Notes: generated by a model not told the origin, from the sequence alone. Numbered from the stretch's first letter, positions 35,942-46,815 are shown. The stretch is DNA of 64,000 nucleotides from Alphaproteobacteria bacterium (GCA_965226475.1 CBDDDJ010000005.1:1040406-1104405); one strand, 5' to 3'. Numbers and translations: made by a program.

Positions 35942-36239
35942 GCAGGGATCGATAATTTAGTGACAGTTAGAGTTAGGAATTGGCTACAACTCCCCTAGAC
36001 GGCCATGTCTCCTCGACGGGGATTTTGCCGACAGCTACGGACGTCCCTCCGCAAAAAGGGGGAATTCAACTTTCCCGGTGCGGCGCGGCCGGCCACGGAC
36101 GCGAGGGAAAGGCTTGAGAATGTATCCGCGCGGCCGAAAATTTAAATGAACCCATTTCGTGACCATGGTCTCGGCGTCGTTGCCGGGTCGACCTGGGCCG
36201 GCCGCTCGCCGAGGCCGTGGCCATGGTGTCAAACTCGGG

Positions 36240-38285
36240 CTACTCCCGGCGGCAGTCGAGGGCGCCCGAGGCATGCACCGTGACCCGCCAGCCGGGCGGG
36301 ACCACGGTGGTGCCGCCCGCCTCCTCGACGATGGCCGGGCCGTCGAAGGCCGCGCCGGCGGCCAGGCGGTCGCGGTCATGGATCGGGCAGTCGGTCCAGG
36401 CGTCGTCGAACCAGACCGGACGGTGCTCGCGGATCGTCTCGCCGGAGGGCTCGGCATGGAAGGCGAGTTCGATTTTTTCGACCCGGCCGAGGGAGACCAG
36501 CCGCAGATTGACGATCTCCACCTCGTTCTCGCTGTCGGCATAGCCGAAGGTTTCGCCGTGGCGGGCATCGAAGGCCTGGCGGAGCGGCGCCCATTCCGTG
36601 CTCGCCTCGTCCCAGGGCACGGGAAGCGTGAAGGACTGGCCGGCATAGCGCATGTCGACGCTTCCCTGGTGGCGGACCCGGTCCGCGCCGATGCCCTCGG
36701 CGGCGAGCAGCCGGTCGCCCTCGGCCCGAAGCTCGGCCAGGTGCGCGGTCAGGTCGGCAACGGCGAGGTCGCCGAGCCGCCCGCCCCAGGCGCGCACGAA
36801 GTCGTGGCGGTGGTCCGCCAGCAGCTGGCCCAACGCCGAGAGGTGGCCCGGAAAGCGCGGCACGATGGCGCGGCCCATCGCCAGCTCGTCGGCCACCAGC
36901 ATCACATGCATCGGCCCGGCGCCGCCGAAGCCGATAATGGTGAAGTCGCGCGGATCGAAGCCGCGATGGACCGAGACCTCGCGCACCGCGCCCGCCATCT
37001 TGGCCACCGCGATCCTGAGCACGCCGTCGGCCAGCCGCACCGGATCGGCGCCGACGCCGGCGCCCGGGAGGGCGGCGAGCACGGCGTGCATGGCGCGCTC
37101 CGCCGCCGCGCCGTCCAGCATCAGCCCGCCGCTCAAGGCCCGGTCGGTCGGCAGGCGGCCCATCAACAGGTTGGCATCCGAGATCGTCGCCGCCTCGCCG
37201 CCGCGACCGTAGCAGGCCGGGCCCGGCACCGCGCCGGCGCTTCGGGGACCGACCTCCAGCGTGCCGTCCGACTGGGCCCAGAGAATCGAGCCGCCGCCGG
37301 CGCCGATGGTGTGGATATCCAGTTGCGGGACCTGGAGGGGGAAGGCGTCCACCTGGTTGGCGTGGCTGATCCGGGGCTGGCGGCCGTATATCAGGGCGAC
37401 ATCGGTGCTGGTCCCGCCCATGTCGAAGGTGATGCAGTCGTCGATATCGGCCAGCTCGGCGATGCGGAGCGCGCCGTTCACCCCGCCGACGGGGCCGGAG
37501 AGGAAGGTGCCGGCGACGAAGCCGGCGGCGCGGGGAAGCGTCATGGCGCCGCCGTTGGAGCCCATGATGTTGACCGGGGCCATGACGCCGGCTCCCGCCA
37601 GCTCGCCCGTCAGCGTGTCGAGATAGCCGGTCATCACCGGGGTCAGATAGGCGTTCAGCACGGCGGTCGAGAAACGCTCGTATTCGCCCCGCTCGCGCAC
37701 GACGACGGCGGAGGTGGTGATCGGGATCTCCGGCATCGCCTCGGCCAGCGCCGCGGCCGCGCGCCGTTCCGTGCGATCGTCGACATAGGCGTTGAGGAAA
37801 CAGACGGCGATGCTCTCCACGCCCCGGGCACGGAAGTGGGCGACGATGTCGGCGAAGTCGTGGCCGGCGATATCCCGCTCGATGGTGCCGTCGGTCAGCG
37901 TGCGCTCCGGCACCTCCATGCGGACGTCGCGCTCGGCGATGGGGGCGGCGCGGACGAACTTGATGTCGAAGAGGCCGCCGACGAGGCGCCGGGTGCGGCC
38001 GATCTCGATCACGTCGCGGAAGCCCTCGGTCGTCACCATGCCGGTCTTGGCGCCCTTGCGCTCGAGCAGCGCGTTGGTGGCGATGGTGGTGCCGTGGACG
38101 AAGGCTGAGATGTCGGCCTTGTCGATGCCGAGGACGTCGAGCGCGTCCAGCACGCCGCGCCACTGGCCGCCGGGAATGGAGGGCACCTTGGCCGGCAGCA
38201 GGACCTGGCTCAGGGGCTCGTAACACAACACGTCGGTGAAGGTGCCGCCGACATCAATGCCGATCAGAAGCTGGCGTTCGGACAT
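36240..38285 (-). CDS. hyuA: Hydantoinase/oxoprolinase family, A subunit
   Basis: The start is placed at ATG 38285 (MSERQLLIGIDVGGTFTDV...). The protein is 681 aa. The upstream part of the 974-aa track ORF is Arg-rich read-through. Confidence 0.9.
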   Translation of the reverse strand: MSERQLLIGIDVGGTFTDVLCYEPLSQVLLPAKVPSIPGGQWRGVLDALDVLGIDKADISAFVHGTTIATNALLERKGAKTGMVTTEGFRDVIEIGRTRRLVGGLFDIKFVRAAPIAERDVRMEVPERTLTDGTIERDIAGHDFADIVAHFRARGVESIAVCFLNAYVDDRTERRAAAALAEAMPEIPITTSAVVVRERGEYERFSTAVLNAYLTPVMTGYLDTLTGELAGAGVMAPVNIMGSNGGAMTLPRAAGFVAGTFLSGPVGGVNGALRIAELADIDDCITFDMGGTSTDVALIYGRQPRISHANQVDAFPLQVPQLDIHTIGAGGGSILWAQSDGTLEVGPRSAGAVPGPACYGRGGEAATISDANLLMGRLPTDRALSGGLMLDGAAAERAMHAVLAALPGAGVGADPVRLADGVLRIAVAKMAGAVREVSVHRGFDPRDFTIIGFGGAGPMHVMLVADELAMGRAIVPRFPGHLSALGQLLADHRHDFVRAWGGRLGDLAVADLTAHLAELRAEGDRLLAAEGIGADRVRHQGSVDMRYAGQSFTLPVPWDEASTEWAPLRQAFDARHGETFGYADSENEVEIVNLRLVSLGRVEKIELAFHAEPSGETIREHRPVWFDDAWTDCPIHDRDRLAAGAAFDGPAIVEEAGGTTVVPPGWRVTVHASGALDCRRE

Positions 38286-38296
38286 GGGATCTTCCG

Positions 38297-40315
38297 TTAG
38301 ACGACGGGGGAACGGCCGACGCCGCGGACCTCGACGGAATCGCCGGGGGAGGCCTTCAGCATCGCCATGCCCGCGGGGCCGAGGGAGATGTGGTCGGTCT
38401 CGGCGCCCGCGTCGATCTCGACCCAGCCGCGCAGGCCCGGGCCATGCGCGACGCGCAGCTCGATCATCCCGCCCTCGGCGACGCCGAGGCGCCGGGCGAT
38501 CGCCGCCGGCAGGCGGTACTGCCTGCGGGGGCCCGCGAAGACGTCGTCGTTGGCGGCCTCCAAGGTCAGATGCACCCGGGCCGCGCGCAGCTCGGCCCGC
38601 CTGGCCTCGGTCTTCCCGGCGTCGATCTCGCCCGCCTGGTCCAGCACGACGCCATAGCGCGCCTCGGCCTGATGGGCATCGAAATAGCCCAGGCGGAGGT
38701 CGCGGGCGACACGGCCGGAATCGCGGTTCAGCGGATCGCCGAAGCCGCCGCCGCCGGAAGACTCTTCGCGCACCACATCGCCCGGTTGCAGCTTGAAGCC
38801 CGAGATCTTGCCCGGGACCGGCGAGGGCTCCAGCACCTCGCCGTCGCGGATCACGGTGAAGCGGTTGCCGGCGCCGTTGCCGCCGCCATCGGTGCCGTAG
38901 GGCGGGATTACGTTCTTCTCGGAGACCACGGAGAGGACGGCGGTCTCGCCCGTCAGCCGCACCTCGCGCCGCATGCCGAGGCCGCCCCGGAAGCGGCCGT
39001 CGCCGCAGGAGCCTTCGCGCAGCTCGCTGCGGTCGATCCTGAGGGGGAAGCGGCTCTCCACCACTTCGCAGGAATGCAGCGAGCTGAAGTCGCCCTCGGT
39101 GTAGAAACGCATGGCGTGGTTGCCGTCGATGCCCTCGGTGCCGCCGGTGCCGCCGGCCGGCCATTCATAGAGGAGATAGATGCCCTCGCCCGTCGGCTCC
39201 GGGCCGGAGATATAGGTGTGGTTGGCACCGCCCTTGTGGTCGCCGATCTTCATCTCCGGCACCGCTTCGCCGAGCGCGCCGGCGATCAGCGCGTCCAGCA
39301 GGTGCTTGACCTCGGCCATGGCGCCGCAGGGGGCGGGGTAGCGGGCGTTGGTGAAGCTGCCCTCGGGCGCGATCACGGTGAGAGGGGCGAAGGAGCCGTG
39401 GTTGATCGGCGTCGTGGGATCGAGGAAGGATTTGACGATGGTGCCGAGCGAGTTGATCGCCATCGAGGGACCGATGTTTGTCGGTCCCGCCGTCTGGGGC
39501 GAGGAGCCGGTGAAGTCGGCGGTGATCTCCTCGCCTTCTATGATCAGCTTCAGGCGGGCATAGAGCGGCTCCGGCGTCGGGCCGGTGCTCTCGATATAGC
39601 CTTCGGCGAAGTGTTCGCCGTCGGGAAGCTCGGCGATACGGGTCCGCATCTGGGCCTCCGCCCGCCCAATCAGCTCTTCGATGCCGTCGAGTAGCCCGGC
39701 CCCGCCGAAGCGGGCGAACAACCGTTCGATATGCTCCGCCGCCTTTCGCGTGGTGCCGAGCATGGTGTTGAAGTCTCCCATCCGCTCGGCCTTGGTGCGC
39801 ATGTTGTTGAACATCAGCTCGAGAAAAGCCTCGTTCATCTTGCCCTGGTGGCAAATCCGCGTCGGCGTGATGCGGATGCCTTCCTGGATGATCTCGGTCA
39901 CCTGGCCGGAGAGGCTCCCGGGGGTCATGCCGCCGACGTCGCCCCAATGACAGCGGACGGCGGTGAAGATCGCCGGCCGGCCGTCGTGGAAGACCGGGAA
40001 CAGCATCAAGATGTCGTTCAGGTGGGTGCCGCCGGTATAGGGGTCGTTATGGAGGAAGATGTCGCCCTCGTGGATGTCGCCGGCGAAGGCGCGCGCCACC
40101 TCCACCGTGGAATAGGGCACGGCGAAGATATGGATCGGATGGTCGTCCAGCGATTGGGCGATCTGGCGCCCATCGGCGGTGATCAACGCGCAGGAGAAAT
40201 CGTGCCCCTCGTAGAGCACCGAGGAATAGGACGAATGGATGACGTTCGCCCGCATCTCGTTCACGACCGCGATCAACGATTCCCGGATCAACTCCAGCCG
40301 CACCAGGTCTTTCAT
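38297..40315 (-). CDS. hyuB: Hydantoinase B/oxoprolinase family protein with a C-terminal extension of about 90 aa
   Basis: This is a 672-aa ORF. Supporting segments are LELIRESLIAVVNEMRANVIHSSYSSVLYEGHDFSCAL and FLHNDPYTGGTHLND. The stop lies 12 nt before the hyuA start. Confidence 0.9.
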   Translation of the reverse strand: MKDLVRLELIRESLIAVVNEMRANVIHSSYSSVLYEGHDFSCALITADGRQIAQSLDDHPIHIFAVPYSTVEVARAFAGDIHEGDIFLHNDPYTGGTHLNDILMLFPVFHDGRPAIFTAVRCHWGDVGGMTPGSLSGQVTEIIQEGIRITPTRICHQGKMNEAFLELMFNNMRTKAERMGDFNTMLGTTRKAAEHIERLFARFGGAGLLDGIEELIGRAEAQMRTRIAELPDGEHFAEGYIESTGPTPEPLYARLKLIIEGEEITADFTGSSPQTAGPTNIGPSMAINSLGTIVKSFLDPTTPINHGSFAPLTVIAPEGSFTNARYPAPCGAMAEVKHLLDALIAGALGEAVPEMKIGDHKGGANHTYISGPEPTGEGIYLLYEWPAGGTGGTEGIDGNHAMRFYTEGDFSSLHSCEVVESRFPLRIDRSELREGSCGDGRFRGGLGMRREVRLTGETAVLSVVSEKNVIPPYGTDGGGNGAGNRFTVIRDGEVLEPSPVPGKISGFKLQPGDVVREESSGGGGFGDPLNRDSGRVARDLRLGYFDAHQAEARYGVVLDQAGEIDAGKTEARRAELRAARVHLTLEAANDDVFAGPRRQYRLPAAIARRLGVAEGGMIELRVAHGPGLRGWVEIDAGAETDHISLGPAGMAMLKASPGDSVEVRGVGRSPVV

Positions 40316-40509
40316 GACTCCCCTCCCCGCCTGTCTTGCCGGGGGAGAGCTTACACGGGCGGCCTTTCGGGGTCATCTGGCCCGGGCCGCGCGCGCTCGT
40401 TCGGCGGGGCGGAATTTTCCGCTCCGTCCAAACCCGGACGAAAGGGTCGTCGCGGTGAAGGTCGTGGTTTGACCCGTTTTCTCTGTCACCGCCCGCCTCA
40501 TGCTCTGGT

Positions 40510-43500
40510 TCACGGGCCATCGTCGAGCAGAATCTTGAGGACGGGAAGGATGGCGGCGGCCTCGTTGATCAGCGGATTGCGGCCCTGGGCGACCTCGTCG
40601 CCGTCGTCGAGACCGTCGCCGTCGCTGTCCGGCACGCGGGGATCGCTGCCGAGTGCGACTTCCTCGTGGTCGGGAATGCCGTCGCCATCACTGTCCAGCG
40701 CCAGGTTGGGATCGCTGCCCGCCAGAAACTCCTCCAGGTTCGTGAGACCGTCGCCGTCGCCGTCGCCGTCACCGGCGGCATCGCCGTCGTCCTCGGGATC
40801 GAGGCCGTTCGCCGTTTCCCAGTCGTTGGGCATACCGTCGTCGTCGGCGTCTCCGTTCACCGTCAGGAGGCGCATGTTCAACTCGACGAAGGGATTGTCG
40901 GCCGTACTGGCCGGCACCAGGACGCCCGCGTGCACGCGGGCGAGAAATCCCGCCTTGCGGCCGATCAGTTGCGCCGTGCCGGGCTCCATCACGATCACGT
41001 ATTCGCCATTGATTTCCGCCGTCACGGTCTCGTCGAAGGCGTTGACCCGGCCCCGGACGCTGCCGGCCAGTCGGCTGAAGTCGTGGTCCGCGAGCATGAT
41101 TCCCTTGAGGATGCCGAAAGGCGCATTGTTGTTGTTGGTAGTGAAGCTCCAGACTTGGTTGCTGGGCCTGACGGCGCCGAAGTCGTCGATCGCCAGGACC
41201 CGCCAGTAATAGATCCGTCCATCGCCGAGCCGGGCCGAACCGTCCACCGCCGCCCGGCTGTTCCGCAGCTCCTCCTGGCGATAGATGCCGAGTCCGGTGG
41301 TGGTGGTGCCGCTCGCGGGATCGCTGATGAAGGTGAAGGTCGAGGAGGCGTTGAAATTGACGTCGTCCGCGATCTCCAGGGTGTAGGTGAAGCCGTCGGG
41401 ATCGGACGAGTTCGTCCAGTCCAGCACGGTCACGGTCTTGGTGACGGCGCCGTTGCCCGAACCGCCCTGGGCCGGAGTCACGGACCGCAGGCTAAATGAG
41501 CTCGGCACGCCGTTGGTGCCCTTGTTCTTGTAAACAAGCGACCGGCGGGCCGGCGACAGGTCGTCGGTCTCCACGTCCTGCACGTAGTAGAAGACCTCGT
41601 ACTTGCCCGGCGTCGAGAAGTCGCCCGGCGAGGATGCCTGTCCGCCATAGACCAACTTGAATAGATCGTCGCTCTGCGAATAGCTCATGAGGTCCTTCAG
41701 GAACAGGGTGTTGAGCTGCACCGTGCCGCCACTCGGACTCAGGACCCGGCTCGGCTCGCGCACCTCGATGAAGGCGTGGTCGACCTGGAACGAGTCGTTG
41801 GCCCGGAGCTGGAGTTCGGCGGTATTTGTGCCGTGGGCCAGGAACATCGTCTCGCTGACGCTGACGATGTCCGCCGGATTGGCCGCCGAATTGGTGTCGT
41901 AGTCCGGTCCCGCGCCCAGCACCAGGGATGCCGCCAACGCGCCGTCGCCGCCGCCGGCGTCCAGGGTGTTGCTGCCCTCGCCGTCGCCGTCGTCGTCCAG
42001 CAGCGGGTGTTGTTGGGAATCGTCGAGAAAGCGGTTGTCGTCGCCCGAGCCGCCGCCGGTCCGTGTATAGGTCTCGGTCTTGACGGTCGCCCGCTCGAAG
42101 GCGGAGGCGAAGTTGGCGCCCCGGCCCAGTTCCTGGAAGAACTCCTCGAGGAAGTACTCACCGACCCTGATGCCGTCCTCTTCCACCGCTCCCTTGTAGC
42201 TTTCCTCGTCCGCCGCCGCGCTGGCCACGATCAGCCGGCCGGGCGCCGATAATCGTGGGATGAAGCCGCCGGAATAGCAGGTGCCCACCACCACGACGGG
42301 GGGCTCCGCCAGGGCCTCGGCGTTCAGGCCCGCTTCCAGCGTGTCCAGCCAGCCGTCCAGTTCCGCCGGCGTAATGGTTTGGGAGAAGTCGTTCAGCAGG
42401 AATTTCGGGAAGCTGGATCCGTGGTCGGCGAACATCATGTAGATTGGCGCCGGATTTGCGTTCACCGCCGCCGCCAGACCCCGGATTGCGTCGCGCACCC
42501 GGGTCTTCGTCGGTGCCGCGGCGACGCCCACGCCGGCTTGATTGGCGTCCGCGATGCCGTCGCCGTTGGCGTCCTGGCCGGGGTCGTGGTTGTAGTAGAA
42601 GATGTTCTGGTCCTGGAAGCCCCGCGCCAGCAGGGTGCGGTAGATCCGGTTGGTCGTCTTGTTGTGGCTGGACCGGCCCTCGTCGCCGGCTATGCGGCCC
42701 TGCACGATCACCGCATAGCCCGCCGTGGTACCGACCAGCAGGCCGGCGGAGCCCGAGTCCGAGGGCCGGAGCGTCGGGTTGATCTTCGCCGCCGGGATGC
42801 TTGTGTCGTTGAAGCGCGCCCGGAACGTCCAAGCCCCGCCTGATCGAACAGCAGATCGTCGCCCCCCGGCAGATAGCCGTTGCCCTCGGCCCCGAGATTG
42901 TTCACGGTGACGAGGCCGGTCTGGCCGGTGACGAAGGGGCCGATGGTCGTGGTCGCGCCGCTCGGCGGCGGCGAGGTGACGTCCAGGTAGATCTCGTTGC
43001 CGCCGAGGAATCTGTCGGTCTCGCCCGGCACCGTCAGCTTCATCGAGGCCCCTGTCGCGCCGCCGAAACCGATGCCGGTGGGCGCCACCGTCAGGCTCAG
43101 TTCCGTGAACTTGGGATCGCCGTCGAAGAACAGAACCATGTTCGTGCTTGTCGCGGGGTTGCCCAAGGCGTCCGTCGCCTCCGCCGTGATGGAGTAGACG
43201 ACGTTCTGGGTCCAGGGACCGATTAAGCCGCCGACTTTCCATGTGCTCCAGGTTCCACCACCGAGATCGCTCGCCGCCAGCCAGGCCATCGGACTGTCGA
43301 ATCCGGCGCCGTCGGCCTCCAGGTAGTTTCCCGTCCCGGTGTCGCGGATCCGCACGCGCACGTTGGCGACGCCGACGCCTCCGACATCCCCCGCCGTGCC
43401 GTTGATCGTCTGGATCTGCTTCACCGTCGCGGCGCTCGGTGGATTGGTGATGGCGAGGGCCGGCCCGGTGGTATCGACCAGGTAGGTTCTCGTGCCGATA

Positions 43501-44021
43501 GTGCTCGTGTTGACGGGGTCGCCGCCGTTGACGGTGTCGGTGGCGATGAACTTCAGTGTCGTCGTCCCCTCGCCGATAGCTACCGGCGCGGTGTATGCCG
43601 GCGAGGTCGCGGGGTCGGGCGTGGAGCCATCCGTCGTGTAGTAGACGGCGAGACAGGCCACATCGTCCTGGCAGGTGAGCGCGACCGACTGGGCGGCGGC
43701 GTAGGAGCCGGAGGGAAAGTCGGCCGACACCGTGGGCGGCTGGTCGGGATCGACCGTGATCTGAACACCCGAACTGCAATTGTCGGCGGTATCGGTTTCG
43801 TAATCCACGACGTCGACGCAGGCGCCGATCCAGTAGATGCCGGGAGCGGCGACGGACGTGGTGGCCTGCAGGTTCGCCGAGGCACCCGGTTGGAGCGCGG
43901 ATACCGAATCGGTACCGATCGGTTGATCGGCGGAACTGATCGTCGGGTTCGCGGACCTGTAGTAGCGTATCGTCGTCGGCGTGGAGGTCCAGCCTCCCTC
44001 GTTTTCGACGCGTATGTCTAA
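40510..44021 (-). pseudogene. Large secreted multidomain protein gene, 3' segment (also carries a 1-nt frameshift at 42834-42837)
   Basis: The domains, in order, are:
- The rest of a CARDB domain ([22 protein letters not shown]...[21 protein letters not shown]).
- An Fn3-associated/CHB_HEX_C-like module ([12 protein letters not shown]).
- Ig-like modules.
- A clan-CD cysteine-peptidase-like module (FADHGS...[11 protein letters not shown]).
- Thrombospondin type-3 repeats ([24 protein letters not shown]).

Its two frames are given by track ORFs 42708-43808 and 40510-44097. Confidence 0.8.
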
Positions 44022-44950
44022 GTGTCTGGCCCGAAAAGAGTTGAGTGATTTCAGTCAGTTGTGATTCACTGTTTGTATTTAGCAACCAGGGAGACACAAC
44101 ATGTGGACCAAATCACTCGCCCGAAGTATGAACGCGACCTGCTGCGCTACGCAAGCGACCTGACGGATGGAGAATGGAAGGTGCTGGAGCCGTTGCTGCC
44201 TCGCGCCAAAGCGCTGGGACGGCCTCGGACGACGGCATTGCGCGAGGTGGTGAACGCGATCCTCTACCTACTGCGTAGCGGCTGTCCATGGCGCATGCTG
44301 CCCCGGGACTTCCCGCCACGCTCGACGGTGCAGCGCTACTTTTATCTCTGGCGGGACGACGGCACCTGGTCCGAGGTCAACCGGCAACTGCTGGTCGCGG
44401 CGCGCGAGGCCGAGGGCCGCGCGGCCGGCCCGTCGGCCGGTATCATCGACAGTCAGAGCGTAAAAACCACGGAAAGCGGCGGTATCCGGGGCTTCGACGC
44501 CGGAAAGAAAGTCAAGGGCCGCAAGCGTCACATCCTCACCGACACCGGCGGCCTGCTGGTCGCGGTCGTGGTCCACGGCGCCGACATCCAGGACCGCGAC
44601 GGCGCGCCGGCGGTGTTCGCCGCCATCCCCCGCCACTTTCCCCGCCTGCGCCACGTCTTCGCCGACGGCGCCTATGCCGGGCCCAAGCTCGAGGGCGCAC
44701 TGAAGCGGATCGGCCGCTGGTCGCTGGAGATCGTCAACCGTCCCGCGGGCGTGAAGGGCTTCCAACTCCTGCCCCGCCGATGGGTCGTCGAGCGCACGCT
44801 CGCCTGGCTCAATCGAAACCGGCGGCTGGCCAAGGACTTCGAGACGGCCATCGAGACCGCCGAGGCCTGGATCTTCCTCGCCAGCATCCAACTCCTCACG
44901 CGCCGTCTCGCAAGAGACTGAAAACACTCGATTCATTTCGAGTCGGACTC
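44022..44950 (+). mobile_element. IS5-family element, copy B, 929 bp
   Basis: It has the same ends as copy A. A perfect 3-bp duplication TAA flanks it (44019-44021 and 44951-44953). It differs from copy A by one A fewer in the run at 44110-44112 and by one substitution near the 3' end (A/D at the last residue). Confidence 0.9.
44103..44921 (+). CDS. IS5-family transposase, copy B (canonical ATG at 44101 is out of frame; GTG at 44103 or upstream GTG at 44061 would be needed)
   Basis: The protein is identical to copy A from [11 protein letters not shown] onward. Copy A reads atgtggaccaaaatc, while copy B reads atgtggaccaaatc. Confidence 0.7.
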
Positions 44951-45365
44951 TAAGGTAAAGCTCTGGTTCACGACGACGAGCGAATCCGACAGGCCCGTGA
45001 CGACCGGTCTCAGGTCGGCTGGAAACGCCGGCCGATACTGCACCACCAGCCTCGGCTGGAAGGACGGCGTGGAATGTTCCCGGGTAGCGAGATCGACGAA
45101 CTGCGTGTTCTGGCTGTTGGCGACGCCCAGCCTGAGACCTTCGTTCCTCCCGGTTCGATCGATCCAATCCTGCACGGCGCCGTGCAGGCTCGTATTGTCC
45201 CCCTTTTCATTGGAATATTGAATCCAAGGCCCCGTCGCGGTTATTTCGTTATGATTATCCTCGATTGTAACACCGGTTGCAGGGCGATTTTTGTCGGTCA
45301 GCGTCAGCTCTTGCCAGGAATCCGTGGTTTCGCGAATGCGATGCTCGATACCGTTCGGGTTGGCG
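44951..45365 (-). pseudogene. Large secreted multidomain protein gene, middle segment
   Basis: This segment reads open, without stops: NGIEHRIRETTDSWQELTLTDKNRPATGVTIEDNHNEITATGPWIQYSNEKGDNTSLHGAVQDWIDRTGRNEGLRLGVANSQNTQFVDLATREHSTPSFQPRLVVQYRPAFPADLRPVVTGLSDSLVVVNQSFTL. Confidence 0.8.
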
Positions 45366-46815
45366 GCGATGTCCCACCCAATGTTGAAAAGTGCGAGATA
45401 GGCATCGTCTGATCGAGAGGCTACGCGGCCACCTCGATGTCTTCAATGACGGACTTTGCTCCGGCCTTTCTCACCGCCTCCCGCGGGGCGGCGTCGAGGA
45501 TGGGGAGCTGGCGGTGGGCCTTGAGGCGGCGGAAGGTCTTTTGCGCCTCCAAGAGGCCGGCGGCGGTCCAACGCAGCGCCATCTCGGCGTTGCGCCAGCG
45601 CTTGACGTTCCGCTGCACCGTCCGGACGGTGCCGATCGCGTTCTCGATGGCGTTGGTGCAAGCCGGCGAGCGTCGAAGTTGCGGCGGGAGGCCGAGCCGG
45701 ATCACGGTCAGGATCTCGTCCAGGCCCTCCAGGATCGAGCCCGAGACGCCGGGTGCGTCATGCTCCAGACGGCGGGCGAGGTTGCGCAAGAGCCGTTCGG
45801 CCTTGGCCGCGTCGTCCTGCTGCCAGGCCTGCCGCAAGACCTTCCTGACGCCGGCATGGAGGCTCTCGTCCAGCCGGTCCGTGATGTTGCGCCCCTTGTG
45901 CACCTGGCAGCGCTGGAGGGCCGCCGCCCGCCCGAAGGTCCGCCGGATCGCCTTCGAGAGCGCCTTGGCGCCGTCGACGATGTAGAGCCGAGGCCGTTCG
46001 GGATCGAGACCGCGCTCGATCAGGTTGTCGAGCATGGCTTGCACCGTGGCCGCGTTCTCCGTCGCGCCCTCGGCCAGGCCCAGCACGTGCTTCGCGCCGC
46101 CGGTGTCGATGCCGATCGCCGCCACCATCAGGTGATCGCCGACATGGAGCCCGTCGATCTGGAGCACCACGAGATCGAGATCGTCGAGCGGGCTCGCCAG
46201 CCAGGCCTTCAGCTTGCTTCGCGTCAACGCCACGAAACGGCGCGAGACCGCCGACTTCGAGGTTGCGTCACCCGATGCCGCCGGCAGATCGCCGCCCGCA
46301 TCGTCCGGCAGGCGCACCGCGCGGGCATACTTGCGGGTCGAGACGTTGATCACCATCAGATTCATCGCCCAGGCTTGCAAGAGTTCGGGTTCCGACAGCA
46401 GCTCCCAACTCGGCAGGCTCATCTCCCGACCCGCGAAGTCCCCCACCCGAGGGCGCTCGACCTTCACTTTGCCGCCGTGGTAGGCGATCTCGCTCCGGGT
46501 CGTGCCCCATCGATGGCCCTTGCGCTCGCCCGAGCCGGCGTGGCGCGAACCGCACAAGGCTTCCGCGTCCGCCGACATCATCTCGTTCAAAGACTCGAGG
46601 CCCGCCAAAAGGCAGAAGCGATCGACGCTCATGCGCGGATCGTCGAAGGCCTCCGGCATCGATGGCAAGAGCCGACAGGATGGTTCCGAGGAACGGTCGT
46701 TGCGTGTAGTCTTGGTCATGGCGTCGTTCTCCTTGATGGAATCAGCACCCAGAGCCTAGCGGCTCCAGGCGGACGACGCCTACTTCAGCTTTTCAACAGA
46801 GCCCGGGACATCCCC
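45366..46815 (-). mobile_element. IS256-family element, 1450 bp
   Basis: The inverted repeats are GCGATGTCCCACCCAATGTTGAAAAG / GGGGATGTCCCGGGCTCTGTTGAAAAG. A perfect 9-bp target duplication GGGTTGGCG flanks it (45357-45365 and 46816-46824). Confidence 0.9.
45421..46719 (-). CDS. IS256-family (mutator-type) transposase
   Basis: This is a 432-aa ORF. Supporting segments are VVLQIDGLHVGDHLMVAAIGIDTGGAKHVLG, YIVDGAKAL, RCQVHKGRN and TNAIEN. Confidence 0.9.
   Translation of the reverse strand: MTKTTRNDRSSEPSCRLLPSMPEAFDDPRMSVDRFCLLAGLESLNEMMSADAEALCGSRHAGSGERKGHRWGTTRSEIAYHGGKVKVERPRVGDFAGREMSLPSWELLSEPELLQAWAMNLMVINVSTRKYARAVRLPDDAGGDLPAASGDATSKSAVSRRFVALTRSKLKAWLASPLDDLDLVVLQIDGLHVGDHLMVAAIGIDTGGAKHVLGLAEGATENAATVQAMLDNLIERGLDPERPRLYIVDGAKALSKAIRRTFGRAAALQRCQVHKGRNITDRLDESLHAGVRKVLRQAWQQDDAAKAERLLRNLARRLEHDAPGVSGSILEGLDEILTVIRLGLPPQLRRSPACTNAIENAIGTVRTVQRNVKRWRNAEMALRWTAAGLLEAQKTFRRLKAHRQLPILDAAPREAVRKAGAKSVIEDIEVAA

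Noticed and set aside
33004-44950. The two inverted near-identical IS5 copies could be a composite transposon, or the endpoints of an inversion of the MCO/hydantoinase block.
   Set aside because: Copy B is flanked by a perfect TAA duplication and by colinear halves of the same CARDB domain. No inversion between the copies has therefore occurred since it inserted. The outer flanks (TCA at 33001-33003 and TAA at 44951-44953) do not form a duplication for the composite.
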